A DNA stretch of 64,000 bases, taken from OCS116 cluster bacterium AG-435-F03 (GTDB taxonomy: Bacteria; Pseudomonadota; Alphaproteobacteria; MED-G09). The position numbers and the translations under genes were made by a program. Shown here piece after piece: positions 20,027 to 29,097 of the stretch. The DNA lies in the NCBI GenBank assembly GCA_003212795.1, contig QCOV01000004.1, positions 11,762 to 75,761 of the forward strand, written 5' to 3'. Position 1 is the first letter of the stretch, and every line of letters begins with the position of its first letter. A model generated the notes under the pieces. It was given only the letters and a program-made list of their open reading frames with translations, had not been told where the DNA came from and made no database searches.

Positions 20027-20956
20027 TTAGTGGGAATAAGGAACTAACGGACCAGTTCTATATGTGCCTCTGGATAATTCAGTAGCCACACTTGGAGCTA
20101 TTGGTAACCAACCTAATTCACTACGTGCACGATCAGATGTAATAATACACTCAATACAAGATAAATCTGCAAGCTCACCAAGAGCTTCTCTAGCTTCCTC
20201 AAGAGGCCAATGAACTACCTCAATTCCTGGGCCGAAATAATCTGCAATTAAAGTTGCATAATCTTTACTGCATGTAACTTCATCAGAAGCTGCATTATAG
20301 ATACCTTGAGCAGACTCATTTGTTACTATTTTAAGATAAAGATCTGAAAGTGGATCTACATGTATTGTACTGACCAAATTAGTACCTTCACCAATATGAA
20401 GAGATTTTCCTGATTCTCGAGCTCTAAAAATTAATCCTGTAAGCCAACCCCCTGCATGACCATAAATTAAACCCGGCCTTACGCTAGCCCCTCTAATGCC
20501 ATTCTCTGACATGGCTACTACTTGCAAATCATGACGTGCGCGCCATGCTCGAAGAGGATGTGGATTTTCAATTGGTTCGCTCTCATCACGAGGAACACCT
20601 TTAGTATCATTGTAAACAACACTTGCGCTAGTTGTAACAAAAACCTTACCAGTATCTTTAAATGCCTCCTCAACTGCCAAAATGAAATTCGTATCTAGTT
20701 TTTCCATTTCCTCATCATGAGAAGCTCCAATATGTACAACAGCGTCACATTCATCTGCTGTTTCACTAATAATTTCTGTATCAGCAAAACCACCAGCAAT
20801 CCATTTAACATTATCTCTCTCTTCAAGATTAGGAATATGGTGAGGTCTAACGAGTGCATGGACCTCATGACCATTATTGACAAAATGATTTAGTGCATGG
20901 GCACCTGCATGACCAGTGCAGCCCGTCATTAATACTTTCATAGAACCCCTCCTCAT
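20027..20956 (-). CDS. NAD-dependent epimerase/dehydratase (extended SDR); start probably at the second Met (20941)
   Basis: MKVLMTGCTGHAG; RPGLIYG; STIHVD; ELGW; GAGGAGG directly upstream of the second ATG. Confidence 0.8.
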   Translation of the reverse strand: MRRGSMKVLMTGCTGHAGAHALNHFVNNGHEVHALVRPHHIPNLEERDNVKWIAGGFADTEIISETADECDAVVHIGASHDEEMEKLDTNFILAVEEAFKDTGKVFVTTSASVVYNDTKGVPRDESEPIENPHPLRAWRARHDLQVVAMSENGIRGASVRPGLIYGHAGGWLTGLIFRARESGKSLHIGEGTNLVSTIHVDPLSDLYLKIVTNESAQGIYNAASDEVTCSKDYATLIADYFGPGIEVVHWPLEEAREALGELADLSCIECIITSDRARSELGWLPIAPSVATELSRGTYRTGPLVPYSH

Positions 20957-21011
20957 AAAAACTTAACTTAAAATAGAATATTAATTAATTCAACCGGAGG
21001 ATATGGTTCAC

Positions 21012-21050
21012 AAAAAAATAATGCCCAGAGTTTTGCAACTCTGAGCATTA
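21012..21050 (-). terminator. Rho-independent terminator downstream of the TonB-dependent receptor
   Basis: Minus strand TAATGCTCAGAGTT-GCAA-AACTCTGGGCATTA followed by a T7 run. Confidence 0.8.
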
Positions 21051-21072
21051 CCTCAATAAATTTTAATATTAG

Positions 21073-23436
21073 TTAAAATTTATAATTTAATTTAAGACCA
21101 TAATTTCTTCCTGGTAAAGGAACCTCATTTTTAACAAATGAAGCGTGATTTCTGGCCACTTCGTCAAGAAGATTCTTACCAAATAATGAGAAACTTATTT
21201 CATTTTGATTATTTAGAACAAAAGTCTTTTTTAAAGAGAAATCAAGCATTTCATAGGCTTCGGTTTCAGTTTCACCTTCACCAATATCATTTTGCTCTTC
21301 AACATCTTTATAAGTCAATCTTGCTAAAAGATTATCCTCTGAATAAGAAACAGTTATAATATTTCTTGCAGGTACAATTCTTGGGATATTCATACCATTC
21401 TTAAATTCACCTGTAACTGAGTCTCTGCCGAGTGATAAAGTAAGATTACCTCTATCAAAAGTAAAAATCTGACTTATTTCAAACTCATAACCTTCAAGTT
21501 CAGCATCTTTTTGTAGGAAGTTTGCTAAAATAAGACCACCATGGTCATCATGATCACCATGCTCTTCATGCTCTTCATGCTCTTCTTCCGTTTCATCTTG
21601 TAGATAGATGTAGTTATCAATGTCATTTTTGAAAATATTACCTCTAAAAGAGAAATTATTATTTTTATAAAATATATTCAAATCAATGTTGTTAGCACTC
21701 TCAGATTCAAGTTCTGTATTGCCAACTTCAAAGCGGCCAGTAACTAAATGAGCTCCATTCATATATAGCTCTACTGGTGATGGTGCTCTTTCAACTCTTG
21801 CTAGGCCTAGACTAACTGTAAAGTTATCATTAACTTCTCTCGAAAAATTAACAGCAAAACTTGTTTCGCTATAATCTTTATTAAAGTAGTCAATTTCCTC
21901 TTCATGTTCGTCTTCATCATGATGTTCGTCTTCATCGTGATGTTCGTCTTCATCATGATGTTCGTCTTCATCATGATGCTCTTCTTCATGATGAGCTAAT
22001 GAACCTTTACGAGAAATATCATCATACCTAATACCGAAATCAATATCTAATAATCCGAATTCTTTAGACAAATAATAACCAATGGATAATTCTTCATTAT
22101 CTGTTGGCCTCATAAAAGCTTCAGCACCAACTATAGAAATTTCTTCTTCTACATAATTGATAGATAATTTTTGCTTAACAACATCATTTGTTAAATCAAA
22201 AACAAAACCTAGTTCCTTGGATTTATTTTCAAAATTTGTTGGACCTTCAGCATGGCCATGTTCATCATGTTCATCTTCATCATGATGCTCTTCTTCATCG
22301 TGATGCTCTTCTTCATCGTGATGCTCTTCTTCAGCATGTTGCTCAGTATGAAGATAGTCTGAAGATCTAAAGAAATAATTAATTTTTTTCAGCCAAGAAC
22401 TATTAACTACATAAGAACCTTCAACATCAAAAATATCAGATTCTGTATTGGAAAAGATTCTTTCACCTTCATGTTCATCATGACCTTCATGTTCGTCTTC
22501 ATCATGATGCTCTTCTTCATCGTGATGCTCATCTTCATCATGATGCTCTTCTTTACCATGCATTCCATGATCTTCATGACCATCACCATGGAATGGAACA
22601 CCAAAAAGACTTTCAGAGTTCTTATAAGAAATACCGAAATATCCCCATTCACCTGTTTTTGAAATACCAAATCTTTGTGATGTTGACTCAAAGTCAGAGT
22701 TTTCTAAGTAACCAAGATTTTCTTCTTCGTGGTGCTCATCTTCATCGTGATGCTCATCTTCATCGTGATGCTCATCTTCATCGTGATGCTCATCCTCGGT
22801 ATGAATTATTGCACCATTTGGAATATCATAATTATCAAACTGAGAATCTTTATAAGCCAAACTTACATTGAAACCACCAATGTTATTTTGATAAGAAAAA
22901 CTTCCACTTTCTCCGTCGTTAACAGATTGGGTTTCTAAAGCAATATTAAATTTGGGTTCTTTAAAATCTTCTCTAGCAATTGTATTATCAATGATATTTA
23001 CTATGCCTCCAACAGTCCCACTAGAATATAGAAGTGATGATGGTCCTCTAACTATTTCTATTTGTTGAATATCATTTAAATCAACCTCATTCATATGATC
23101 GTCACCAATAGTAGAAACATCTCTCAGAGTTTTACCATTATTCATAATTCTAACTCTATTACCTGATAAACCACGAATGATAGGATGACCAACAGCTGCG
23201 CCAAAATCTGAAGATTGAATTCCAAGAAGATTATCAAGTGACTCACCTAAGCTAACTGTGGTGTCAAAAGTTGCATCATCTCCCCCAATTACATGAATTG
23301 GATCGTCTAGGTCTGATAGGTTTGTATCAATGTAAGATGATGTAACTATAATTTCATCTATCTCATTCGAATATATTTTTTCGTTGTGTATTATTAAAGT
23401 ACCCACAAACAAAAGTACTAAAAGTAAATTTTTCAA
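21073..23436 (-). CDS. TonB-dependent receptor, ZnuD-like, with five His/Asp/Glu-rich loops
   Basis: TonB box EIIVTS; plug motif PIIRGLSGNRV...DDH; IEIVRGPSSLLY; C-terminal GRNYGLKLNYKF; TTG start with AAGGAG SD. Confidence 0.9.
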   Translation of the reverse strand: MKNLLLVLLFVGTLIIHNEKIYSNEIDEIIVTSSYIDTNLSDLDDPIHVIGGDDATFDTTVSLGESLDNLLGIQSSDFGAAVGHPIIRGLSGNRVRIMNNGKTLRDVSTIGDDHMNEVDLNDIQQIEIVRGPSSLLYSSGTVGGIVNIIDNTIAREDFKEPKFNIALETQSVNDGESGSFSYQNNIGGFNVSLAYKDSQFDNYDIPNGAIIHTEDEHHDEDEHHDEDEHHDEDEHHEEENLGYLENSDFESTSQRFGISKTGEWGYFGISYKNSESLFGVPFHGDGHEDHGMHGKEEHHDEDEHHDEEEHHDEDEHEGHDEHEGERIFSNTESDIFDVEGSYVVNSSWLKKINYFFRSSDYLHTEQHAEEEHHDEEEHHDEEEHHDEDEHDEHGHAEGPTNFENKSKELGFVFDLTNDVVKQKLSINYVEEEISIVGAEAFMRPTDNEELSIGYYLSKEFGLLDIDFGIRYDDISRKGSLAHHEEEHHDEDEHHDEDEHHDEDEHHDEDEHEEEIDYFNKDYSETSFAVNFSREVNDNFTVSLGLARVERAPSPVELYMNGAHLVTGRFEVGNTELESESANNIDLNIFYKNNNFSFRGNIFKNDIDNYIYLQDETEEEHEEHEEHGDHDDHGGLILANFLQKDAELEGYEFEISQIFTFDRGNLTLSLGRDSVTGEFKNGMNIPRIVPARNIITVSYSEDNLLARLTYKDVEEQNDIGEGETETEAYEMLDFSLKKTFVLNNQNEISFSLFGKNLLDEVARNHASFVKNEVPLPGRNYGLKLNYKF
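21898..21994 (-). repeat. 18-bp tandem repeat encoding (HHDEDE)n in the receptor
   Basis: Plus strand gttcgtcttcatcRtgat units in tandem. Confidence 0.9.
22251..22350 (-). repeat. 18-bp tandem repeat encoding (HHDEEE)n
   Basis: Plus strand tgatgctcttcttcatcg units. Confidence 0.85.
22464..22590 (-). repeat. His/acid-rich 18-bp repeat tract
   Basis: Encodes HGDGHEDHGMHGKEEHHDEDEHHDEEEHHDEDEHEGHDEHE. Confidence 0.8.
22725..22803 (-). repeat. 18-bp tandem repeat encoding (HHDEDE)n
   Basis: Plus strand tgctcatcttcatcgtga repeated three times perfectly. Confidence 0.9.
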
Positions 23437-23473
23437 TTTTATCTCCTTTTTAAATTTACATAAGAAATGAAAT

Positions 23474-23758
23474 TTAAATTTGAGGAGGTCCTCTGGAGTA
23501 AAATTTAGAAATATTGTTGTCTAAAAATTGATTATCTACTTTCTGAATAAAATAAAAAGTAGTATGGAATTGATCCCCAAAAGTTGCTATTTGATTATCA
23601 AACTCAGGGGCAACATTAACACAAAAATCACAATCTATTTCTACAGACATATGATCATGATGATCATGATGTTCGTGCAATATCTCTTCGGCTGAAACCG
23701 AAGTAAAAAATAACAAAGCTATAAAGAAAGCCAGTGTTTTATTAGATAAATTGTGCAT
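23474..23758 (-). CDS. DUF2946/CruR-like leader peptide (signal peptide, His cluster, CxxC, C-terminal RGPP)
   Basis: MHNLSNKTLAFFIALLFFTSVSA-EEILHEHHDHHDH...CDFC...YSRGPPQI*; ends 37 nt before the receptor start. Confidence 0.75.
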   Translation of the reverse strand: MHNLSNKTLAFFIALLFFTSVSAEEILHEHHDHHDHMSVEIDCDFCVNVAPEFDNQIATFGDQFHTTFYFIQKVDNQFLDNNISKFYSRGPPQI

Positions 23759-23795
23759 AGCGAGTTAAATATTAAAGATATCGCATAAAGTCAAA

Positions 23796-24407
23796 CTATA
23801 TAAGCAATTCCTCTACTTGCCATAATGTGTCTTTTCCAAAGAATATTTGATCGCCGACAAAAAAAGTTGGTATACCAAAAACCCCTCTTTCAACAGCTGA
23901 TTCAGTATTAGATATTAGTTTTGCTTTAACATCTGGATCCTGCATTTGACTCATTAATTTATCCGCATCTAATCCTGATTCAAGAAATGCTTCTTTGATG
24001 ACTTCTGGATCATCCATTTTCTTGGGTTGCTCCCACATATGAACTAATACTTTATCTATATAATCTTCAAGATAGCCATCCATTTCAGCAGCAATTGCAC
24101 CTCTTATAATTTGTAAACTTATTACCGGAAAGTGCGGATTCATTTGAAAAGATTGTAAACCATGTCTTTCAATAAATCTCGTTATTTCAAGTGATTGGTA
24201 TTCTAATTTACCTTTTACCTCAGCAAATTGAACCATTGGTGGGTTGTTATTAGTAGCCTTAAATATACCTCCCAAGAGAACAGGAATATAATTAACTTTA
24301 GCACCCGTTTTTTCAGAAATTGATTTAAGCACTTTATGACTTAAATATGCATTTGGACTAGCAAAATCAAAATAAAAATCTACTTCTTTGGTCATCATCT
24401 TCTCCAA
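23796..24407 (-). CDS. 2-hydroxychromene-2-carboxylate isomerase / kappa-class GST (DsbA fold)
   Basis: FYFDFASPNAYL; PVLLGGIFK; RGVFGIPTFFV...FFGKD. Confidence 0.9.
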   Translation of the reverse strand: MEKMMTKEVDFYFDFASPNAYLSHKVLKSISEKTGAKVNYIPVLLGGIFKATNNNPPMVQFAEVKGKLEYQSLEITRFIERHGLQSFQMNPHFPVISLQIIRGAIAAEMDGYLEDYIDKVLVHMWEQPKKMDDPEVIKEAFLESGLDADKLMSQMQDPDVKAKLISNTESAVERGVFGIPTFFVGDQIFFGKDTLWQVEELLI

Positions 24408-24496
24408 TATTACTTAATTATTAATATTATATATTTTAAATAGTTTAGAAAGAAATAATTAAGAGATAATTTGATTTATAATGATATTATTTAACT

Positions 24497-25399
24497 ATGA
24501 TCTATTTCTATTTAATCATTTTTTTATTTGTAAGTATTTTCTTTAAAATACCTATTTTAGCGATATTTGGTGGAATAATTTTTAGTCTGATGTTTAAAAC
24601 TAAAAATGAATTTATTACGAAAAAATATTCAACAATTATTTTGCAGACTGGAATAGTTCTTCTTGGCTTTTCAATTAATTATCAATCAGCAATTAATTCT
24701 AGCTTGCAATACATGCCTGCAATATCAACATTTGTTGTATTAACTTTTACATTTGTTTTTTTATTAGGTCTTTCACTTAAAATTGATAAAAATTATTCTC
24801 TTTTAGTTGCTTCTGGATCATCAATTTGTGGTGGAACGGCAATGGTATCTATTGCACCAATTATTAAATCAAAAAATGAAGATTTAGCTGCAGCTTTAGC
24901 AATAATATTCATTCTAAATGCCTTAGGAGTATTTCTTTTTCCATTTATAGGGGAATTATTAAATTTATCTCAAAGTCAATTTGGAGTATGGGCCGCGACT
25001 GTAATTCATGATACTAGCGCGGTCATAGGCGCTTCAATGAGTTACGGGTATGAGTCTCTGGAGACTGCATCAACATTAAAACTAGGGCGAACTTTATGGT
25101 TAATACCATTAATTATGTTAATAAGCATAACTGAGAAGAGTGATAAAAAACATTTTCCATTCCCAATGTTTGTTATTTTTTTTATTTTAGCAATTATTTC
25201 AGGGTCTTATTTCAATACAACTATAGAAAAAGAAATTATCAGAAATGTTAGCCAAATTTTGCTCCTTATTGGTTTATTTTCGGTTGGAACACAAATAACA
25301 TTTAAGAATTTGAAAAATATTGATTCAAAGAAATTAATTTATCCAATTATTTCATGGATATTGATAATACCTTTTTCTTTTTTTATTGTTTTTCTCTAG
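24497..25399 (+). CDS. YeiH/putative sulfate exporter family membrane protein
   Basis: GSSICGGTAM, FGVWAATVIHDTS, TLKLGRTLW. Confidence 0.85.
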   Translation: MIYFYLIIFLFVSIFFKIPILAIFGGIIFSLMFKTKNEFITKKYSTIILQTGIVLLGFSINYQSAINSSLQYMPAISTFVVLTFTFVFLLGLSLKIDKNYSLLVASGSSICGGTAMVSIAPIIKSKNEDLAAALAIIFILNALGVFLFPFIGELLNLSQSQFGVWAATVIHDTSAVIGASMSYGYESLETASTLKLGRTLWLIPLIMLISITEKSDKKHFPFPMFVIFFILAIISGSYFNTTIEKEIIRNVSQILLLIGLFSVGTQITFKNLKNIDSKKLIYPIISWILIIPFSFFIVFL

Positions 25400-25431
25400 T
25401 TTAAGGCGAAGTCTTTTGAAATAGATATTTC

Positions 25432-26622
25432 TTAATCATTTTTAACTACTAATTTACCTTCATCTATCAATCTTTGTTGTAGTGACTTTTCATAACCAAG
25501 ATCCGAAAGTATCTCTAAGCCATGTTCACCTAATTTTGGTGCTGGTCTTACAATTTCACTTTCTGTTTCACTAAATCTTGCAGCCGGGCGTGCCTGCCTT
25601 ATTTGACCAAATCCATCAAAGTTATCATACAAAATTGTTTCATTTGCAGTTATTTGCTCATGATCCATTAATTCCATCCTATCAAGCAATGGGGCGCAAG
25701 GAACTCCTTCCTTTTGAAATCTTTCAAGTAAATCGTCACTATTCCACTTAGAAATTTCTTCTCCAGTCAGCTCTTTTCTCTCTTGTGCATTTACCATGCG
25801 AGAAGAAGAGTCTGAGAATCTTTCATCATCTATCAAATCTTCTCTGTCCAGAGCCCTGCACATTCCTCGCCATTCAGCATCAGAAACAGCACCAGCAGTG
25901 ATATAACGATCTTTTGCTTTATAAATTAAATCTTGTGTTCCTTGAATCTTTCGAACATCAAATTCCTTATCCTCGTAAACTAAACCAGCCATACCTTCAG
26001 GCCAGAAAAAAGCGAGCATACTATCTAACATTGATAAACTAATATGCTGCCCAGTGCCTGATACCTCTCTAGCATAGAGAGCTGATGAAACTGCTTGAGC
26101 AGCTGTCAATGCTGTCGTCTTATCAGCAATAATTATACGGAACATTTTAGGTCTTCCAGTATCTCTATCAGCTTGAATATCTGTTGCTCCCGATAAAGCT
26201 TGAATAACTGGATCATATACTCGTGATTGAGAGTAAGGACCTTTTTCACCAAAACCACTAATTGATAAATAAATAATTTTTTTATTTAACTTTCGAATGA
26301 CTTTTTCGCTAAAACCCATTCGATCAATGGCTCCTGGTCTAAAATTTTGCATGAAGACATCTGCATCTTCAACTAGTTTTAACAAAATTTCTTTTCCTTC
26401 TTTTGATTTTAAATCAATCGCTAATGATTTCTTACCTCTATTTACGGAGTAAAATGGTGCATTTACACCATTATGAGGCGTTGCCATATGTCGAACTTGA
26501 TCCCCAATAACTGGCTCAACTTTAATTACCTCTGCACCCTGGTCGGCCAAAATCATTGAGCACATTGGTCCTGATACCATACTTGTAAGATCAATTATTT
26601 TTATGCCTTTAAGTGGTCCCAT
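25432..26622 (-). CDS. Family III CoA-transferase (CaiB/BaiF)
   Basis: GPLKGIKIIDL, LADQGAEVIKVEP, NRGKKS, NFRPG, YDPVIQA, APKLGEH. Confidence 0.92.
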   Translation of the reverse strand: MGPLKGIKIIDLTSMVSGPMCSMILADQGAEVIKVEPVIGDQVRHMATPHNGVNAPFYSVNRGKKSLAIDLKSKEGKEILLKLVEDADVFMQNFRPGAIDRMGFSEKVIRKLNKKIIYLSISGFGEKGPYSQSRVYDPVIQALSGATDIQADRDTGRPKMFRIIIADKTTALTAAQAVSSALYAREVSGTGQHISLSMLDSMLAFFWPEGMAGLVYEDKEFDVRKIQGTQDLIYKAKDRYITAGAVSDAEWRGMCRALDREDLIDDERFSDSSSRMVNAQERKELTGEEISKWNSDDLLERFQKEGVPCAPLLDRMELMDHEQITANETILYDNFDGFGQIRQARPAARFSETESEIVRPAPKLGEHGLEILSDLGYEKSLQQRLIDEGKLVVKND

Positions 26623-27277
26623 TATTAGCTACCTCAGTTGATTTATAATTTGCTAACATTGCCTTTTTGAAAGCCGGTCTTTTTTTTATATTTTCTCTAT
26701 ATGACATAATATTATCAGGTAATTTAAACTCATAATAAATTGCCCAGTCAAGACAAGAAATAAGCATGATATCTGCTAATCCAAATCCTTTATCAAGAAT
26801 GGATTTTTTATTTTTTATAAAATTATCAATTATTGCCAGATGCTTATCTAAATGCTCTCTACAAGCTTTTACTACAATTGGTGAGTCACCGTAAATCGAT
26901 TTGAGATCATAATGCCTTCTCATTACATAAAGAGCTGTTTCGTCAATTTCTCCATAAATGTAACTACACCATTCATCTTCTTTTGCTTTATCAATATTAT
27001 TCTTTGGTATAAATATTTTGTCAGATGGAAAGGTATATTGCAAATATCTACATATAGCTAAACTTTCAGACAATTTGATTTCACCATTTTCCAAAAATGG
27101 TATTTTTTGTTTAGGGTTGAGGTCTGTGTATTCTTTTGATTGTGTCTCACCAGTTCTTGGGCCAATAGGCATTAATTCATAATCTATTCCTAGCTCTTCA
27201 GCCATCCAAATTGGTCTTAGCGTTCTAGTTGTGCCAGCGCCCCATAATTTAATTTTATTTTCCAATATAGATCTCAA
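26609..27277 (-). CDS. Glutathione S-transferase
   Basis: LNPKQKIPFL...LSESLAICRYL; FGLADI. Confidence 0.88.
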   Translation of the reverse strand: MRSILENKIKLWGAGTTRTLRPIWMAEELGIDYELMPIGPRTGETQSKEYTDLNPKQKIPFLENGEIKLSESLAICRYLQYTFPSDKIFIPKNNIDKAKEDEWCSYIYGEIDETALYVMRRHYDLKSIYGDSPIVVKACREHLDKHLAIIDNFIKNKKSILDKGFGLADIMLISCLDWAIYYEFKLPDNIMSYRENIKKRPAFKKAMLANYKSTEVANNGTT

Positions 27278-27295
27278 AAATTCATTTTTAAAATA

Positions 27296-28165
27296 TCATA
27301 ATCTTTTTTTAGGGAAAATTAAAAGTTGATTGGTTTTGTCCATATAATCTTTATAACCATCTCTTTTAACTAAACTTCTATCATCCATCATTTTACAAGT
27401 AATCAATGCAAACATAAGATTCATAGATAATGGACATATAAATAAATACCAGTAAGAGGTATCAACAGCCAATGTCATGAAGAAGATTCCCCACCAAAAA
27501 AGAATTTCTCCTAAATAATTAGGGTGCCTTGAATATGACCAAAGACCAGTTTTTATAAATTTATTTTTATTATCTTTATTTTTTTTAAACTTCCAAAGCT
27601 GATTATCTGATATTAATTCTAATGTGACAGCCATAATAGTATAAAAACTGGCTAAATAAAGCCAATAACTCGATGTATTTGTTGATACAGATAAACCATA
27701 ATACAATGGCAAAAGAGACAAATTTACTTGCAGAGTAGGATATAAATGAATGCCAAAAAAATCTATGAATGAGGCAAATTTTAACTCTTTGAGGTCTTCA
27801 TAACGAAAATCCTCATCATATAAACCTTCCCATCTACGTGCCCAATTATATGTTAGTCGAATACCCCAATATAAAACGGGAATAAAAAATAAGAATATCT
27901 TCTCGTAATCTAGGTTTTCGGAATCCGGCCAAAAAGAAATATATATTACAATTGGTATAGGCGCTATTGACCAGAAAGGATCATAAAAACTTGAATTTTT
28001 AAATAGTAAACTAGCTATATAAACTATAACAGTCGCTATTATATGAGCAATTAGAACAGTTACCCATTGATTTAATACAATATTACTACATATTAAAATA
28101 CTTATAGCTAGAGCAAAAACATAAACTAGAAGGCAAATTATTAAACTTTTAACCTTTATTCCCAA
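27296..28165 (-). CDS. DUF1295 / steroid 5-alpha reductase-like membrane protein
   Basis: NSSFYDPFWS, EDFRY, SDNQL, GLWSYSRHPNYLGE. Confidence 0.85.
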   Translation of the reverse strand: MGIKVKSLIICLLVYVFALAISILICSNIVLNQWVTVLIAHIIATVIVYIASLLFKNSSFYDPFWSIAPIPIVIYISFWPDSENLDYEKIFLFFIPVLYWGIRLTYNWARRWEGLYDEDFRYEDLKELKFASFIDFFGIHLYPTLQVNLSLLPLYYGLSVSTNTSSYWLYLASFYTIMAVTLELISDNQLWKFKKNKDNKNKFIKTGLWSYSRHPNYLGEILFWWGIFFMTLAVDTSYWYLFICPLSMNLMFALITCKMMDDRSLVKRDGYKDYMDKTNQLLIFPKKRL

Positions 28166-29097
28166 TTAATAACCATCCTGCCTCTAGTACCTCCTGCATC
28201 CAGTCTTTTATGGGCCTCAAAAGCATTTTCTGGAGTTACTGTATCAGCTACTCTAAGAGATATAAGCCCTTCTTCAACTTGTTGACGAAGCTTATCAAGT
28301 TTATCGAAGTCGCAATCATATTCAATTACCCAAGTAGTGGTAAAATTTATATTTCTTTGAGGTTCTCCTCTAAATCCTCTTACACTTGTAAAAGATCCGT
28401 TGTCTTTAACAGCATCAATTGCTTTTTCATTTAATAAAGCTCCATCAGCAATACCATCAACACCTTCGGGAAAGACTTCTTTTATTTTTTCAGAAAAATT
28501 TTCACCTCTTGGTATTATATGATCGACACCTAATTCATTTAAAAGCTCAATATCATTTTCATTTGAATCCGCAATCACGGTTAAGCCATCGGCTTTTGCT
28601 AACTGAATTACATAACCCCCATAAGCACCTGGTCCACCAGTAACAGCAACAACTTGTCCTTTATTTAGATTTAATAAATCCAAAGAAAGTCGAGCTGTTA
28701 ATCCATTCATAGGTAATGTTGAAGACTCAGCAAAAGAATAGCCTTCCGGAGCCTTAACAACTGCAAACTGATTTAAAGTTATCTGCTCACGATATGCGCC
28801 GTGAAGTTCATTGGGTATAACCATTCCCATTACCTTATCACCAATACTTATGTCTGTTTCAACGCCTTCTCCAATTTGATCTACAATCCCAGAGATATCC
28901 ATTCCTGGAACTGATGGAAGAGGAAAATCTTTACGAAACTGAGATATTAAACCGCTTCTTGAAACAATATCTGTAGGATTTACAGCCGAAGCATAATTTT
29001 TAATTCTAATTTCTCCAGGACCCGCAGAAACCTCTGGAATATCCATTACTTCAAGAACTTCCGGATCCCCAAATTCTTTAAAACCAACTGCTCTCAT
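28156..29097 (-). CDS. NADPH:quinone reductase-like MDR oxidoreductase
   Basis: FGDPEVL, AVNPTD, PGMDISG, TGGPGAYGG, AHKRL. Confidence 0.88.
   Translation of the reverse strand: MRAVGFKEFGDPEVLEVMDIPEVSAGPGEIRIKNYASAVNPTDIVSRSGLISQFRKDFPLPSVPGMDISGIVDQIGEGVETDISIGDKVMGMVIPNELHGAYREQITLNQFAVVKAPEGYSFAESSTLPMNGLTARLSLDLLNLNKGQVVAVTGGPGAYGGYVIQLAKADGLTVIADSNENDIELLNELGVDHIIPRGENFSEKIKEVFPEGVDGIADGALLNEKAIDAVKDNGSFTSVRGFRGEPQRNINFTTTWVIEYDCDFDKLDKLRQQVEEGLISLRVADTVTPENAFEAHKRLDAGGTRGRMVINWE

Noticed and set aside
21807..22938. Alternative-frame ORFs with periodic MMKTNI, HLHRDA or IFIVML repeats; superficially CRISPR-like periodicity
   Set aside because: These are shadows of the 18-bp His/acid repeats in the receptor; the repeats are contiguous, with no unique spacers and no cas genes
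23759..23795. Possible Zur/Fur box upstream of the leader-receptor unit
   Set aside because: No convincing palindrome matching TGTTATA-N-TATAACA or GATAAT-type boxes
28151..28176. GGTTATTAATTGGGAATAAAG at the end of the MDR gene, resembling att copy 2
   Set aside because: Lacks the GAGTGGG core (3-nt gap) and is explained by the coding end VINWE*; no accessory sites nearby
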